DNA from: Protoeuglena noctilucae
Taxonomy: Eukaryota
Direction of reading: 5' to 3'
Length of the DNA: 64,000 bases
NCBI GenBank assembly: GCA_958009085.1
Contig: OY253680.1
Location: 930,001 to 994,000, forward strand
Shown: one piece after another, positions 45,401-58,100 of the stretch
How the letters are laid out: every line of letters begins with the position of its first letter
Numbering within the stretch: the first letter of the stretch is position 1
The notes under the pieces: model-generated
What the model was told of the DNA's origin: nothing
The model's input: the letters and a program-made list of their open reading frames with translations, nothing else
Database searches by the model: none
Translations under genes and position numbers: made by a program

Positions 45401-48400
45401 GCTCGCAGGGCCTGGCACACGCCGGGTGCTTGTTGCGCTTGCACGCCCCGCACTTGCCGCGGCACGGGTGGCCGCAAGGCAGCGTGGCCTCGCAGCCGTG
45501 GCTGCACAGCACCGCGTCCCGCCCCGCCGTGTTCACCAGCGCCCTCTTGGCGCACGACACCGTCATCTCGTGCCCGCAGCCGTCTGCGCATCGGTTGAAG
45601 CGGCACGATGGTCAACACCCGCATGCGCACCCACAGCCCATGCGACAGGGCAGCAGCTCACCCCTCCCTGCGCCCCTCACCTATCTCCGGGATCTGCCGC
45701 ACCGTGATCGTCTCCTTGCAGGGCAGCAGCGCCTCCTTGGCCCCCTCTGCTGCCGCCACGTACGCCCTGGCCACCGCGCAGTCCACGCCCCGCGCCACGT
45801 GCCCACACACCAGGGTCACCTGCTCGATCTTGACCGTGCAGGGGCCGCAGGGCTCCCCGCAGGGTCTGTTGCAGGGGTGCTGGCAGCCCTCGTGCAGCTT
45901 GGCGCAGGGCTCGGGGCACACGATGGCCTGGTGCTGAGCGTCGGCTGCGGGCGGGAGTAGCGCAGGGACATGGAGCGGTGCGGATCATGTAGAAACAAAG
46001 AGTCGTACAATGGCGTCACCCTCAGCTCGCAGCATTTCTAATCACAAACTGACTGTCGCCCCTGACAACGCCCAGATGGCTCTCCAGCCCCTCAGGTCAC
46101 CTGCGTGGCACTGACTGACGCAGAGGTGGCCGCATGGCATGCGCTCCTGGCACAGGTGCATGCAGCCCCCCATCGGTGACTTGATCGCCATCTCTTCCGC
46201 GCTGGCCACCTCGGTGACATTGCCGTGCGATCGGCACACCAGGGGCAGCGCGTCACGCAGCAGGCCGCGGCCCTCGATCGTCTCGATGACGTGGCGCCAA
46301 AACTTGCTGTTTTTGTCCCCGCGGATGCACTCGGCGTTGCTCACGATGTACATGCCGTGGCGGGCGCGCGACAGCATCACGTTGGCGCGGTTCTGTGGGT
46401 AGGGACGGAGTGGTGCAGCGGGTTGGCCCAGCTGATAGGGACAGCCATGAAGCGCCATGTCACGCTGAGACCACCCATACAAGGCACAGGTCACGCCATC
46501 GCCCCCACAAGCGCTTGCCGCCTCAGTCCCAGCCCCGCCGCCTCGCCTGGGTTCTGAGGAACCTGATGTTCTTGCGCTCGTTGCTCCGCACCAGCGACAC
46601 GATCACCACCTCGGCCTCCTCGCCCTGAAAGTTGTCCACGGTCGCCACGCGCACCGACTGACTGCAGAAGCGGCAACATGCCCTCGTCTCGCACGCAGCC
46701 TAGTCTTCAGGCGCTGTCATCAGATCGACTATTGCTCGCCTCACAACGCCTAACCTCGCACTCCCCCACCCGTGCCCTCATCTTAACTGCACTGCGTCAC
46801 ACTCCCCCACCCATCTCCTCACCCCAGCTGTGTCCTGGCCACTGTCGCGCTGACTCCCGCCTCTGTCTCCGCCGCGTCCTGCTCCTCCGCCCTCGCCACC
46901 TCCTCCATGTCTGCACGCAAGCCACCGAGTGCAGATTGCGATGTGCGTCAGCCAACTGCACTCCCCGCGGCAGCCTCGGCAGACCCCCGCCAAGCCCCGC
47001 CCACCTCGGTCGTTGACGGTGACGACGAACTTGCCCTGCAGCCTGTTGCGGATGGCCAGCAGCTGCCCCACGTACGGCGTCAGGATGGCGATCTCCCCCC
47101 TGCTCCCCCTCCCCTGCCCCACGTAGCCGTGCATGGTGAGGTACTCGGCCAGCGCCACCACCAGGTCCGCCTCAAAGGCGTTGGTCTTGGACTTGGAGTC
47201 GTCGTGGGACCCCTGGCCGCTCTCGGGCTCACTGTGCGTCATCCACAGCAGCGGCGCCGCCATGCCCGCCACCGCCGGGTACTCCCTCACGCGCGGGGCG
47301 TCTTGCAGCAAGGGGTAGATGGGCCGGCGGATGAGGTCGGCGATTTCCGGCCGCATGCGCCACTGCTGCCGCAGCGTGACCATGGACAGCTGCGGCATGG
47401 CGCCCGCCTCCACCCCCAGCGCCAGCCTCTCGAACAGCGACAGGTCCAGGTTGTACCCCCTCCCCGACTCCACCTTGAGCTCGTAGCCCTCGACCTTGGG
47501 CCGCAGCTGCTCGTGGTCTCCGATTAGCACCAGCTGCTCCACCTGCCCGTGCATTGACGTGAGCACGTGACTTTCCAGCACCTCCCCCGCCTCCTCCACC
47601 ACCACCACGCGGGGCGTCACCGCCGCCAGCAGGCCCTTGTGCGCCGCGCAGAAGGTCGTCGTCATGCCGATCACCGACACCCCCTGCAGCACCCGCTCGT
47701 TCTTCTGCTCGTGGATGGCATCCACCTTCGACTTGGCCTCGTGGAACTCACGGATGGTCTGGGGGCGGGGAGGGCCGTGAATGGACTGAAATGCCGGCTT
47801 GGATCAGCCCCTTGCTGTCGCTTACCACCTGGCTCGCCCACCACGCGCTAGCCCACTCCCCATCCCTCACCCTACCCCGCCCGCTGTCCCTCTTGCTGCC
47901 CTGCTCACCCTGCCACCCTTGCTACCCTGCCCCCGCCCCACTCGCCTCCGACAGCTCTTCTCGTCCGCGCCGCCGCGCCTCCTCCACCAGGTGGGCGTGC
48001 ACCAGCCGTCGCTCGTCCCGGCTCATCACGAAGGCGTCCGGCAGGGCCAGCAGCACGTCCAGGGGCCTCGGAGACGCCCCCGTGGGAATGGCCGCGCGCT
48101 CTTGGTGGTATGCCGCCTCGTATTCGAGAGCAGCGCTGATCCAGTCCGGCTCCCACCCCATCCGCTCCATGCGCTCCGCCCACGTCGCCGGCCTCTCCTT
48201 GCCCTTCTTCTTCTTCCCCTTCTTGCCGACCACCTCCACGTCCGCGTCCTCAGCCAGGTCGAGCAGGTCGAACCGGTTCCTGGCCACGTGCGCCCCAGGC
48301 CTCCTCTCAGCTTCCCTGTGATTGTGGGCACGGGTTGATCGCGACGAGCACCGAGCGCTGCAGGTCATCACCCTGCGGCGTGTGCATGCCCTTCCTGCCC

Positions 48401-51400
48401 TTACCTGACCCTCTTCCCCTATCAGTAACATGTCCCAGTACCATCCCCTCACCTCTCCTGCACCTCCACAAATCTGACGACCTCCTCCCATGCCACCGAT
48501 GCCGGGCTCGCCCCCTCCAGCCACATCCTGATCGTGAAGAGCGGCAGCGGGAACCCGTCCTGGTCGACCCCAGATCCCAAGGCGCTGTCCAGCGACTGGT
48601 GGATGCCCAATGCGCCCAGGGAAAGCGCGGCCGCCACGACATCCACCTGCAAACGCAGTGAGACGCAGGGCGATGGGCGAGAGGGAAGGAGGGACAGGGA
48701 GGGACGCAAGACAGGAATGAAAGAGGCTCCATACACCCTGCACAGGCAGCCATGCACACATGTCCCAGTGCACCCTGCACAGGTAGCCATGCACTCTACG
48801 CATGCCCCCTGCAAGCGGATGCCGCCTCACGTCGTCGGGCTCTCCCCGCAGCGCCTTGACAGACGCCCCGAGTTTCTTGGTGGCATTTTCGAGGGACTTT
48901 CTGGCAGAGGCGAGGGAGAACCCACGCATGTCGACGTCGCGGGTCTTGATGGACAGTTGCAAGAGCGTGAAGGTCTCCAGGCGGGGGCTCTTGGGGCGGC
49001 CCAGACGCACTGCAGGGGATGGGGGAGCGAGGGGTCCTGGGCCAGTGCAAGAGTGCAACCTTTGTCAGCGCCGCAGCTGGCGGGCAGCAGACCGGCATGG
49101 CACGGTTGTCACGGCAGCCGCGTGCGCTGCAGGCGCGTCTCACCGATGCTGGTGACGCCCGCGTCCAGCAGCGCTTCCAGGAACTGGTCCAGGGCGTGGT
49201 TGGTGAAGCACAGGCACATGATGGGGCCCTTGACGGCGTTGGACTTGACGAGGGCCAGCACGGCCTTGACGCCGATGAAGGTCTTGCCGCAGCCTGGTGG
49301 GCCCTGGATGAGGCTCAGCCGGTCGCACATCATGCTCCGCAGTGCCTGCCCCTGGCTCTCGTCCAAACCCAAAACACGCGCGGCCGCCTCGGTGGGGAAG
49401 GCCCTCGCATCCGCGCAGCTGATGGCTGAGAGGGTGGTGCGGTCCCCCTCTGCCAGCACCGCGTCTTTGGGAAGGAGCTTGGTCAGGTCCACCTTGCGGT
49501 CAAGGCCCCCCAGCCGGTTCGGCTGCGACGCGGTGCCCCCGCGTGCCACGACGGTGACGGTGACGTGCCCCCCCTCCCATCCTATGCGGCCGGGGAGGTC
49601 GGCGATGCATGTCTCCGAGAACCACGCGGGGAAGGCGGGGAGCTTCTGCAGGGCCTCGAGCACCGGCCGGTAGGCGAAGAAGCTCCCATCCGACCTCAGC
49701 AGCACCATCTGCCCCTGCACCTGCATCACGTGCGGGTCACGCATGGCCAGGCCGACCAGGGCCGTGTCAGTCATGTCGCTGGGCTGGAGCATGACGCGGA
49801 TGCGGTTGTTGTCCAGCACCCGGATCTGGTTGGACCTGCCCCTCTCCGACGCCACCACCAGCATCGACACGCGGAAGAGTCCCACAAGGCGCCGGTGGTC
49901 GTTGGCGGCGATGATCTCGTCGCAGAGGGACTGGGGGGGACGAGAGATGGTAGGAGGGGTTCGACAGCGCAGGTGAGAGCTGCTGCGTAAGCGGAGGAGT
50001 TGCTCAGGGAGGGCCACAGCAGGCGCATGAGAGCACAGCCGTCATCAGCAGAGCCGCTGTCAGAGCATGGCATGGGTAGAACAAGCCCTCGCACTCGCCT
50101 GCGTGAGCGCCGTGGTTGGCCACAGCAGCGTCACCAGCGTCCCGCGCGACAGTCGCTTGGTCGTCTCGAAGTAGTGGCGGCGCATGCCCTGCGTAGCCCT
50201 GTCCAGGAACGCCGGTCCCTGCACTTCCACCGCCAGCAGCATGCCCAGGTAGGGGTCGAACTCGATGGTCTTCACGGATGCGTTGCGGTACACGTCCAGC
50301 CGAATGTCGTCCGACCCATGGCGCGCGGCATCCCGGCCCCGGCCGTGGCTCAACGCTGCGTGGGCGAGCGCGGCGCTGTAAGGGGCGCTGCGTGACGAGG
50401 CAGATGCAACCCGGCAAGCCGTGCAGACGGTTGCCTACCTGACATGACCTCGTTCCGCGCAAACGCCTGCACGCTAGTGCACAGGGGCTGCACCAGGTCG
50501 TGACGCAGGAGTCGGAAATGAAGGTCGGCCAGTGCCTCAGGGGTGCCCTTGACCATGTGGGGACTGCCGCCACCCTTGTTGTGGGGCAGGTACGGGGTCA
50601 GGGGGCAGAGGAGCTCCTGGGGCGTCGGCACCACAGATATCTCCCGGATGTCCTCCTTGTCGTTGTCGTGCCTGGGACCACCCCCGTTGAGAGCGCCGGG
50701 TCCGCAGTCGGGGTTGTCCGAGATCCGCAGCGCTCCCATCTGAGGGACAAGAGCAACCAAGCGTTGCATTGCCGCAGCCACTTGCGCCCCGCCGTCGTCC
50801 ATCGACCCCGCCCCCCGCTCACCTGCTCCAGGACCTCCAGCCGCTGCTGGATCTGCTCGTGCCGGCGCTGTGCGGCCTCCTGCTGCGCGAAGAAGGCCCG
50901 ACGCCGCAGCAGCCCCGAGTTCAGCTGCACCAGCTTGGCCTTGACCGCTCGCAGCTCGGCCCTGCGCACAGCAAAGCACACACGGAGTCGGCAGGGGAGG
51001 GCAGCCAGTGCTCATCGCGCGTGGCGCGTCGCTAGGCCAGTCACGTGTTCCCGAATGCCTCGTTGGCAGCCCATGGCATGCAGTGCTCGATGATGAGGAG
51101 CGAGTCGCTGATGGCAGAGAGGGACACGGCGGGGTCGAGGCCCGAGATCCCCAGCATGCTCATCCACTTGTACAGCAGCTCCAGCACCACTAGGAAGGTG
51201 CCGAGGAGGCTCTGCGGAGACGACAAAGCGCTTGGATGGTCGGGCCAGAGCATGGACATGTATGGCGAAGAGCCGCGTCCGCAGCCATCCGCAGGGCTGA
51301 GGGCCTTTGCGGATCTGACCTTGCTTTCAGCAGCAGCACCGCGGAAGGACCCAATTGGGATGGCCCGCACCCCCGCAGCTGCGCTCTGGTGGGCCGCGTG

Positions 51401-52175
51401 GGTGACGAGCGCCACCACCAGACCCGGCATGGACCAAGACGTGGCCAGCTTGCGGGTGATGGGTGTCGTGAGGTGCCCGAGGGGAGAGTTGACGACCTGG
51501 TCCTTGGTCAAGGCCACCAGGAACGTCACCAGCGTCCCCACGGCATGCTCAAGCTGAGGGGCGGTGCCCACGTCGGCGGTGCTCCAAGGTAGCCGCCCGG
51601 TCCCGGTCCCCTCGTCCGCGCTCTCCATGGCCCTGCGTGCGAGGTGGCAGCTCAATGGCGTTTCCCTGAATGGCTGGCAGCCACACTGCGTCTCATGTTC
51701 CGTATCGTGCTCACCTCGTGTACTCCCCCACGAACAGCGGGCTGACGTTGATGCTCTCCGTCGCTGCGTTCCACATATCCTCCACCAGTTGCAGCCCTCG
51801 GCCGGTTCTGTCCCCCGACTGTTGGCTGGGGCCCAGGAGGGTGAGGAGCTTGGATGCATCGGACGAGGCAAGCTCATAGGCTGCGTCGGCGATGGTCCGG
51901 GCCTCGCGGGATCCCACCGCTCGAGGAGGACCGTTGGAGGGCGCGATATGCTTGTAGATGGCCGCAAAAGCTTTTTCCTCGGGCGGGCGATTGTCGGGCG
52001 CGCCGGGGGGTCCACGACCCCTGCCCTGGCCGCCTCGGCCGCCGCGTTGGCCAAACAACCCGTTTCCTGCAAACGAAGAGGATTGATCTCAGTCTCCGCA
52101 GGTGTGCGCCATCTGTGAAATGACGAAAACGTGCGCTGCGGTACCTGGGAACGGGGCACCTCGCCCGCGGTGCAT
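42452..52175 (-). CDS. ZNFX1: ZNFX1-like Upf1-type SF1 helicase with NF-X1 zinc fingers, a RING-like region and a C-terminal RZ finger; multi-exon
   Basis: HFRLLRHDL, LIQGPPGCGKTFIG, CFTNHALDQFL, VEEAGEVLESH, LIGDHEQLRP, LSLFERL, QWRMRPEIA, LTPYVGQ, TVDNFQGEE and NRANVMLSRAR; many LPCGHxCxGxCG fingers; C-terminal CPNGHLYTIADCGGAVQEGKCPDCGAAIGG. Confidence 0.9.
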
Positions 52176-52665
52176 CGCGCTCCCGCCTCTCGCACGACCC
52201 AACATGGCGAGGTAATGGGACGTACACCTGCCAAATCAATCAGGGGAAGCTTTGTATAGCCCAAAGGCGACCGCGAAGACGCGCCCGACCGTTGAAGCAC
52301 AGTGCGGCCCAGGGGCGGGCGATGCAGCCCGATAGCTGCACGATGCAGTCCCTCGCAAGCCAACGGAGTGCAAGTAGAAACAATGATGCTTTACAGGATG
52401 AGACATCGCCCCGAGAAGCGCTCAGTGATGAGGACGGGGCTCGCACCCGCGAGGAGTCAGCAACCCTAGACTGACAGGCCAACGCGGACGAGCATCAGGG
52501 CCCTCGGAGTCCGAGAATGCGAAGCTTGGCCACAACGAGTTGCTGCTGTCGCAAGACCCGCGCAGCAGCTGCCGCTGTCCTTTGCTGCGCGCACCCGTGA
52601 CAACTAGCCGGCAAAGAGACGTCGAAGGAAGCGTTTTGCCCTGAGAACTTGCAGCTCATCGAGGC

Positions 52666-54940
52666 ATGGATGGGCAGGGTCCTCAGAATGGGCGGGAAGA
52701 GCTCCGGTCGGCCTTTCAGCCAGGTGAGCGGCGCGTGGGGGCGCATTTCAGCCCGAGGGAAGCCCGGACGCATTACACGGGTCCCTACTGCGACGCATGA
52801 CGATGCTGCAAACGTCGCCGTCCTCCCTCGCAGCGGAAGAACGGCCTCGGACCCTCCATGACATTCCCCGCGTGACCGCGGGGCCCTCCTGCAGCGCGCT
52901 GGCCAGGTGCGAGGGATCGCGGAAGATATTTCCCACCTTCAGTGATGTATCTATCTCCCACGAAGCCTCACCCGGCTTTACGACCTCGCGCAGCGCCTCT
53001 GATCCCCCCGCAGGGCCAAGGTCGGACTCCAGGGGGTCTACCGCCGCATCGCGAGCCGGGATGTGGCGGGAGAACCCAAGTTCCTGCTGGACGGGACGTG
53101 AGTCGCGATCACAACCTGCCGCTGCGGCTCCCGGCCCGCCTGACGCCGCGTGAGTGCCCGTCTGCGTGTCCCTCGCAGGCTGGCCTTCTCCGCCGCGACT
53201 CCTCTGCTCGGCGGGCGGTACCGCTTCGTTGCGGAGATCGGGTCCGGCGTGAGCAGCCAGGTGGTGCTGGCCGAGGACACGTACATGGTGCGCGACCACC
53301 CGACCCACGTGGCAGTCAAGGCGAGGCATCCACCCAGGCAGCGGTTGCAATGGCACCCTTGCACCTCTCATAGCGCAATTCGCAGGCTTCTTGATCCCCC
53401 GCAGGTGCTGCGCCGCAACCACAACTGCGCGGCGGCGGGCCTGCACGAGGCGCGCGTGCTGCGCCTGCTGGCGTCTGGCGCGCCCCCTCATCCCAAGACC
53501 CTCCCCCGCCTGCGCGCATGCTTCTGCGCGTGGGGACACGTGTGCCTGGTCCTCGACCGCCACTACGCCCCGCTCCTCGACCTGCTCCCGGAGAGCTGCA
53601 GCCTGGACCCTGCACGCCGCATCTGCCACATCCGCAGAGTGGCGCGGCAACTCGTGGGGGCCCTCGCGCGCCTCCACCGCCGCGGCCTCGCGCACGCGGA
53701 CGTCAAGCCCGGCAACGTGCTCCTCCGCGAGCCCCTCCCCCGCGCCCTGGCATCCGACCACGTCCCCGTCTGCCTGGTGGACATGGGGGCCGCCGTGGCG
53801 CAGGGAGCGGACCCCGCGGCCATGCTGGGGTCGGACGCGCAGACGCTCTACTACCGCGCGCCCGAGGTGGCGGCGGGCAAAGGCGTGGGGCCCTCCGCCG
53901 ACCTGTGGAGCCTCGGGTGCGTGCTGGCGGAGATGGCGCTGCTGCGGCCGCTCTTCCCGGCATCGACCCCCGCTGACCTCCCGCGGCTGTGGCGGCGGGC
54001 GCTCGTCCCCGGCACCGACGGCGGCGACGCGGGTGACACCCCCCTCTCCTTCGCCACGCGCGTTGGTGCGGCTGAGGAAGGCCCTGCGCCCCCGGGGTCC
54101 CCCGCGCGTGCGGCGTGGTCCCTGGAGCCGCCGCTGGTGGTGGAGCTGGGTCGCCTCGACCGCTCCCTCGCCGCGCTCGTGAGGGGGCTGCTGGAGTCTG
54201 ACCCCAAGCACCGGCTCACGGCAGAGCAGGCGCTGCGGCACCCATTCCTGGCGGAGGAGGGGGACGGAGAGGGGGGCGGGGGGGGCGAGGACGCGCGGGC
54301 GGGGAGGGCATCGAGCGCCGCGTCGCTTCGGGAGGCGGGGCGGAGGGCAGTGGCGGAGGCGGCGGAGAGGGCGGGGCCGGCAGCGGCGGTGGCAGAGAGC
54401 TCTTCTAGGGGACCTGCTGGCACCGTGCGACGTGGGACATCGTTCCACGATCATCTGGCGCGGATGCGGGCGGAGAAGCGGGAGCAGGAGTACCTGGGGC
54501 GCATCCAGGCGCGGGCGAGGGAGAGGGCAGGGGCAGGGACAGGGGCAGGCGGCACCCCTGGCCCAGTGCGGCCGCGGGTGTCCCACGGGGCGGCAGACGA
54601 GGCGGGTGCTGGTGCGGGTGCGGCAGGGGCCGTGGGCGCTGCTGCCTCGAGTGCCTCTGCGGGCGCTGCGGCACCGGGGGCATCGGAGGAGGCGGCGACG
54701 ACGCGAACGGTGGGGTCGGGGGGGCGTGGGGGGGTGCGGGAGCAGCAGGGGGGCACGCCGGGTGGGAAGGGCGCGCGGTCGCGTAAGCGGGAGTGGGGCG
54801 AGAAGGAGGGGAGTGGGGATGAGGAGGAGAGGGATGGGGCGGAGCGTCGGGGGCGCAAGGGTGGAAGGGACAGCGGGAGGGAGAAGCGGTCGAGGCAGAA
54901 ACCCCAGGCGTGGTGGATGGCGGGAACTGGCGAGGGGTAG
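52666..54940 (+). CDS. CMGC-group (DYRK/HIPK-like) protein kinase, divergent
   Basis: IGSGVSSQV, VAVK, GLHEARVL, HVCLV, HADVKPGNVLL, DMG, QTLYYRAPEV, DLWSLGCVLAEM and DPKHRLTAEQALRHPFL. Confidence 0.85.
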
Positions 54941-55155
54941 GGGGCGGAGCGGTTGTGAATGCCCGGTGCTAACACTCGCGATCTTATGGGGTGTGCATAA
55001 GTTGAAGGCTGCTCATACGTCTACGCTTCAATCGCTCGTCGCCATCGGTGTCGACTTCATTGAAAACTTGCACATCTCTGCTTTCATCACTCGCCCTCAA
55101 CTGTGTCACTCGCTCATTGCAGCCGCTCGTCACGCATCGCTAGGCATCGTCACAT

Positions 55156-58100
55156 TCACTTCCCCTCACCCCCCCCACTCGCACCCCCTCCGGCCTCCGT
55201 TGCCCGCCTCCCCCGCACGCACTCGTATAGCGCGACGGCCCCCGACACGTGCACGTTGAGCGACCGCACCAGCCCCACCTGTGGGATCTCCACGCACGCA
55301 TCCAGCGTGTCCAGCACGGGGGGCGGGATGCCGTGCCGCTCGTGGCCCAGCACCAGCGCCGTGCGGGGGGGGAAGGCGAACCCCGGGAGTGGCCGCGACC
55401 GTGCCGTCTGCTCCAGGCCTATGAGGGCGTACCCGGCCGCGCGCATCCGCAGCAGCCATGGGACCAGGTCCGACGGGGGCACTGCCTCGATGGCCACGTG
55501 GTGATGAGCCGTGACGGAGATGTCAGAGAAGCTGGGGTCGCGCAGACCAGACAGGGACGGGAGCACCAGCCGTGACGCGCCCAGCACCTCGCACGTGCGC
55601 GACAGCCCCGCCTGGTTGGGCACCTTGTCGACCAGGGAAGCGACCACCACCATGCCCCACGCACCGCGGCGAGGGCGGGGCGGGGCACGCGGGCCCTCCA
55701 CTCCATCCGCAGCCTCCCCCAATGCCGCGTCCGCCTCTCCCAGCGTCTCTGGCACTGCACCCTCGATCGCGTCCCGCCATGGGCGTCACCTTGCGCTGCG
55801 TGCCCGCCTGTCCCCCACCCTCCGCCACCCCCTCTGCCACCGCCGCCCCCCTCAGCACCGCCAGCGCCGCCCGCCTCTCTGCCCCCACGAACGCCAGCAC
55901 GGCGCTGAGCAGCGACGCCGGGCACCCCTCAAAGGGCGGCTCTCCCTTTTTGCCAGAGTGACCGGGTGCGGAGGCCGTGAGGTTGAACACCTCCTGCACC
56001 CCCACCCAAGCGCGGGGGTCCGGGGACGACAGGTGCGGCGCCACGGCTGCCACCATGCGCTGCGTCTCTTCGTTGGCGGCGCAGAAGGCCTGCAGCGCAG
56101 ACAGGCACGCCACGCCCACGCCCTCCGCCCCCTGCGCGCCCACCGCCCCTCCCCCGTTGGCCTTCCCGGCTGTGCCCGGCTCTCCCACGGCCCAGGCGGG
56201 GTGCCCCGGGGGGTATGCCCCCAGCACCTGGAACATGGCGATGAGGGCCATGGACCGCAGGCCGTGGATGTGGCTGGTGGCCCAGGGGAGGAGGCGGGGG
56301 ACGAGGGCGCGGAGGAGGGGGCCGGCAGCGGCGGGGGAGGGGGGGCGCAGGAGCATGCGTGCCGCCACTGCCACCAGTGACACGGCTGCCTCGTGCTGGG
56401 AGGAGAAGTCCCCCAGCCGCGGTGCGAGGAAGGTGACGGGGAGTGTCGCGTCTGATGCCACCAGTCGCGTGAGGAATGCCTCGGCCAGGCGCCGCACCCC
56501 CGGTGCCTCGTTGCGTCTGAGGGCCGCCTCGGCCGTCGCGAGTGCCGATGGGGGGGACGACCGCGACATGAGATCCGAGGCGTCGCAGGGGATAGCTGAG
56601 GGAGGGGATGGGGGGTTGTGGAGTGAGACATGCTAATGGGAGTTGGGGCAGACGTGTCGCATGCATTGCTGAGCCATGCGTGTCGTCCCTCGCCTGTCCC
56701 TTCCATAGCAGCCGTCGCCTTGGCCAGGTCCGCGTCCCCCATCTGCGCCGCGGCTGCCAGTGCACGCGGATCGGCCACCGCGTTGCTCAGCACCCCCAGT
56801 GCCTGCCACAGCCGCACCTTGCCGCGGTGCGTGGGCGAACGGTCCATGTAACTGCGGAGAGAGAGGGGCAGCGATGGATGCCCCATGCATCGCCAGAGCT
56901 GGTCCACCCCACAGCTTGCCGACCAATCAGTCCCCACTGCACGTCCCCCCACCACACCCCTCTCACCTCCCCGATGCCAGAACGGGGTCCTCCACTGCGT
57001 CCCACAGAAGCGACCCCGCCACCACCCGCGCCACCAGCGCCGCATCCCCCGCACCCGCGCCCCCCCCCACCGCCCCCGCGCACAGCCCCTCCAGCATCCC
57101 CAGCGCCGCCAGCCTCGGCGCATGCTCCGTCGCCCCCCACCGCCCCAGCCCCTGCCCCTCCGCCCCATGGTCATCCGCATCGCCCCCCTCCGCACCCGTG
57201 TGTGCCTCGCGGCGCCCCCACCCTTCCAGCGACAGCAGCATCGCGCGCAGAGTGTCCAGGTGGGGCAGCGCCGACCGCGGCCACCGACCCCACACCCGGC
57301 ACAGGTGCAGCGCCGCCAGCCGCGCCACGCGGGGGGACCGCTCCCCCTCGGCCCAAACCGCAGCCACCCACGCGCGCGCCGGCCCTCCCGGCCCATGCAG
57401 CGGCGCCAGGTCAGCGCGCGCGAACAGCGCGGCTGGCAGCGTCGCCCGCAACAAAGCGCTCACCACCGCCGGCACTCGGTTGCGCCGCATCCCCAGCAGC
57501 ACCTCCCCCGCCACCCCCACCAGCCGCCCGTACCACCCCGCCGCTCCCCCCTCCCCGACCCCCAGCTCCTCCCCGCACTGCGCCCCCTGCGCCGCGTCCT
57601 GCAGCACCGCCTCGCTCAGCACCGCCACCACCTCCAGCAGCGGCAGCAGAGCAGCGCCCGCCCCCTCCGTGGCCGACGACACCGCGCGCCCCAGCAGCCG
57701 CCCCGACTGATCCCGCGGCAGCACCCCACGCAGCCCCGCCCCGCCCTCCCCCACCAGCGCCGCCAATGCGCGCCACGCCGCCCCGGGCACCGCCCCCCCC
57801 GCCAGCGCCCCCCTTGCCACCGCCGCCGCGCACCCTGGTGCCCCCCTCGCCACCCTCGCCGCCATCTCCCGGGCCATGTCCCTTGCCGCCGCCAGCACCG
57901 ACCCACGCCGCGCGGCTGGTGCCTCCGCCCCCGCCGGGTGCCCCGACGCCGTCCCAGGCTGGGCGGGCGCCGGTCCCAGTGCCCCCGCCACCAGCGTCGC
58001 CAGGGCATCCCAGGCGGCCGCCCGCCCAGACGCCGCCGCCCGCTCCCCGAACCACTCGGCCACGGGCATGAGCTCACCCAGGGCAGCCGCTGCCTCCCTC

